A stretch of 64,000 bases of DNA, from positions 480,001 to 544,000 of the forward strand of contig CAVRBU010000004.1 of the NCBI GenBank assembly GCA_963719315.1. The letters run 5' to 3'. How positions within the stretch are numbered: position 1 is the first letter of the stretch; each line of letters starts with the position of its first letter. This DNA comes from an uncultured Planctomycetota bacterium (GTDB lineage: Bacteria; Planctomycetota; Planctomycetia; Pirellulales; Lacipirellulaceae). The notes under the pieces are model-generated. The model had not been told where the DNA came from and did no database searches. It saw only the letters and a list, made by a program, of their open reading frames with translations. This document shows, in pieces, positions 62,583 to 64,000 of the stretch. Made by a program: the position numbers and the translations under genes.

Positions 62583-63434
62583 ATGCATCCATCAGGGCCA
62601 TTGGTGGGCAATGCTCACCCTACTGATTGTCGTTTGATCATCGACCCGCCCCTGCCCGGTCCTTGGAACATGGGCGTCGATGAAGCGCTACTGGCGGAGG
62701 CCTTCGAGAACGGCGTCGCCACGCTGCGGTTCTACCAGTGGAACGAGCCTACACTTTCACTCGGGTACTTCCAGCGCTACGCGGACCGCGAGCAGCATGC
62801 TGCCAGCCGCAACTGCCCTGTGGTCCGCCGCCAATCTGGGGGCGGTGCAATACTGCACGACCACGAACTTACGTACAGCCTCGCCGTGCCGAGCAGTTTT
62901 CCGCTCGCTCGACAGGCCGGAGCGCTTTACGATTATGTTCACTCAGCGTTCATCGCTGCCCTTACCGGCCTGCCTTTTAGCCCATCTTCCTCCGCGCTGC
63001 GAATTCGGGGCGACCAAACTGCTCCGCCGGCGATCCATGAGCCTTTCTTGTGCTTCGAACGCCAATCCCCGGGCGACGTTATCCTCATACCGGGCGGCAG
63101 TGCGGCAACGGCCGGTTATCCGACCTCAACCGCCACTCCCGAATCAGGCTGGAAAGTGCTGGGCAGTGCCCAACGCCGCCACCGCGGAGCCATCCTGCAG
63201 CATGGCAGTCTGCTCGCAAAAAAGTCCGTTGCTGCCCCCGAATTGCCGGGATTAAGCGATCTTTCTAACATGGAATTGCAGATAGATGAGCTAGCCGCAG
63301 CCGTTGCCGCCGGGTTTGCCGCTGCACTCAATGTCCGTCTGGTGCCGGATCAATTGTCCAAAGATGTGGAATCCAAAGCGGCCGATCTCGCGAATAAGAA
63401 GTATAGCTCCGCGGCTTGGACAAAACGCCGTTAA
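62583..63434 (+). CDS. Lipoate-protein ligase A / octanoyltransferase family protein
   Basis: NMGVDEALL, LRFYQWNEPTLSLGYFQ, VRRQSGGGAILH, KVLGSAQRR, LQHGS. Confidence 0.9.
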   Translation: MHPSGPLVGNAHPTDCRLIIDPPLPGPWNMGVDEALLAEAFENGVATLRFYQWNEPTLSLGYFQRYADREQHAASRNCPVVRRQSGGGAILHDHELTYSLAVPSSFPLARQAGALYDYVHSAFIAALTGLPFSPSSSALRIRGDQTAPPAIHEPFLCFERQSPGDVILIPGGSAATAGYPTSTATPESGWKVLGSAQRRHRGAILQHGSLLAKKSVAAPELPGLSDLSNMELQIDELAAAVAAGFAAALNVRLVPDQLSKDVESKAADLANKKYSSAAWTKRR

Positions 63435-63801
63435 GCCGGGAGGCCACGAAGCCGAACTATGAAAAAGAGGTCGATTACCCCGGCCAATGCGGCACTCGCC
63501 GCCGATTACTTGGAGGATGCGCATTTCGAGCACAACTTTGTATTGAATCCACCCGAACGGGGCAGTATGCTGACAATCTGAATTCACACTAGAATACCCG
63601 CCAATTCGTGCAGAAAGGACTTCAGCGTCTGTATATGATTAAGTAAGACTCATCGCAACGAGTGGCTAGATACATAGATTATTTTCTGGCGGCGAATTCG
63701 TCGCCCGATCCATTTCCCGTGCCGCTCCCTAAGTTGCCTCCGCAAACCTTTGGCTTTGTTTGTATAGAATTCTATAGTCAGCGGATGAAGGCAAGGAATC
63801 G

Positions 63802-64000
63802 ATGAAGTTAAAACTGGTCGTATTAGCCGGCGCCAAGGAAGGCCTCGAAATCCCGTTGAAGAAAGAGAAGTTTCTCATCGGGCGGGCCAAGGAGTGCGCA
63901 CTGCGCCGGCAGCGAGGCGATTAGCCGACAACATTGCGCCATCTATCGGCGCGACGACGGCTATACCGTCAAAGATCTCGGCAGCCGCAACGGCACGCAC
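63802..64000 (+). CDS. FHA domain protein, partial (apparent frameshift near 63905)
   Basis: MKLKLVVLAGAKEG...FLIGRAKEC...ISRQHC...KDLGSRNGT. Confidence 0.85.

Overview
High-GC bacterial chromosome segment, almost certainly a planctomycete (Pirellulales/Lacipirellulaceae-like). The evidence is PEP-CTERM proteins with dockerin-like tails, a DUF1559 prepilin-like protein, a PQQ beta-propeller, DUF1573/DUF4416 genes and split gcvPA/gcvPB. Core genes are nusA-infB-rbfA, yebC, proS, yhaM, rnr and gcvT-H-PA-PB plus a lipoate ligase. About 13 apparent frameshifts, including in nusA and proS, point to an unpolished long-read assembly. Most notable: (1) a tightly coupled operon of DUF3326, an Orn/Lys/Arg decarboxylase and a Rieske oxygenase resembling putrescine 2-hydroxylase, a candidate polyamine-modification pathway; (2) many palindromic/heptamer repeat elements, several inserted within conserved enzymes (decarboxylase, FAH, GcvPA, GcvPB); (3) an RND/TolC cassette bracketed by a 108-bp direct repeat of the FAH gene 3' end; (4) a MITE nested in its own copy at a CTAG target; (5) a Cys-rich ORF with a Pro-rich tail ahead of His-N-terminal PEP-CTERM and DUF1559 genes (candidate metal-sensing locus); (6) a Cys-to-Glu ketosynthase; (7) a lower-GC orphan P-loop ATPase between yhaM and rnr. 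No rRNA, tRNA, CRISPR array or intact transposase was seen. Family assignments are from motif recognition by eye, not database searches.
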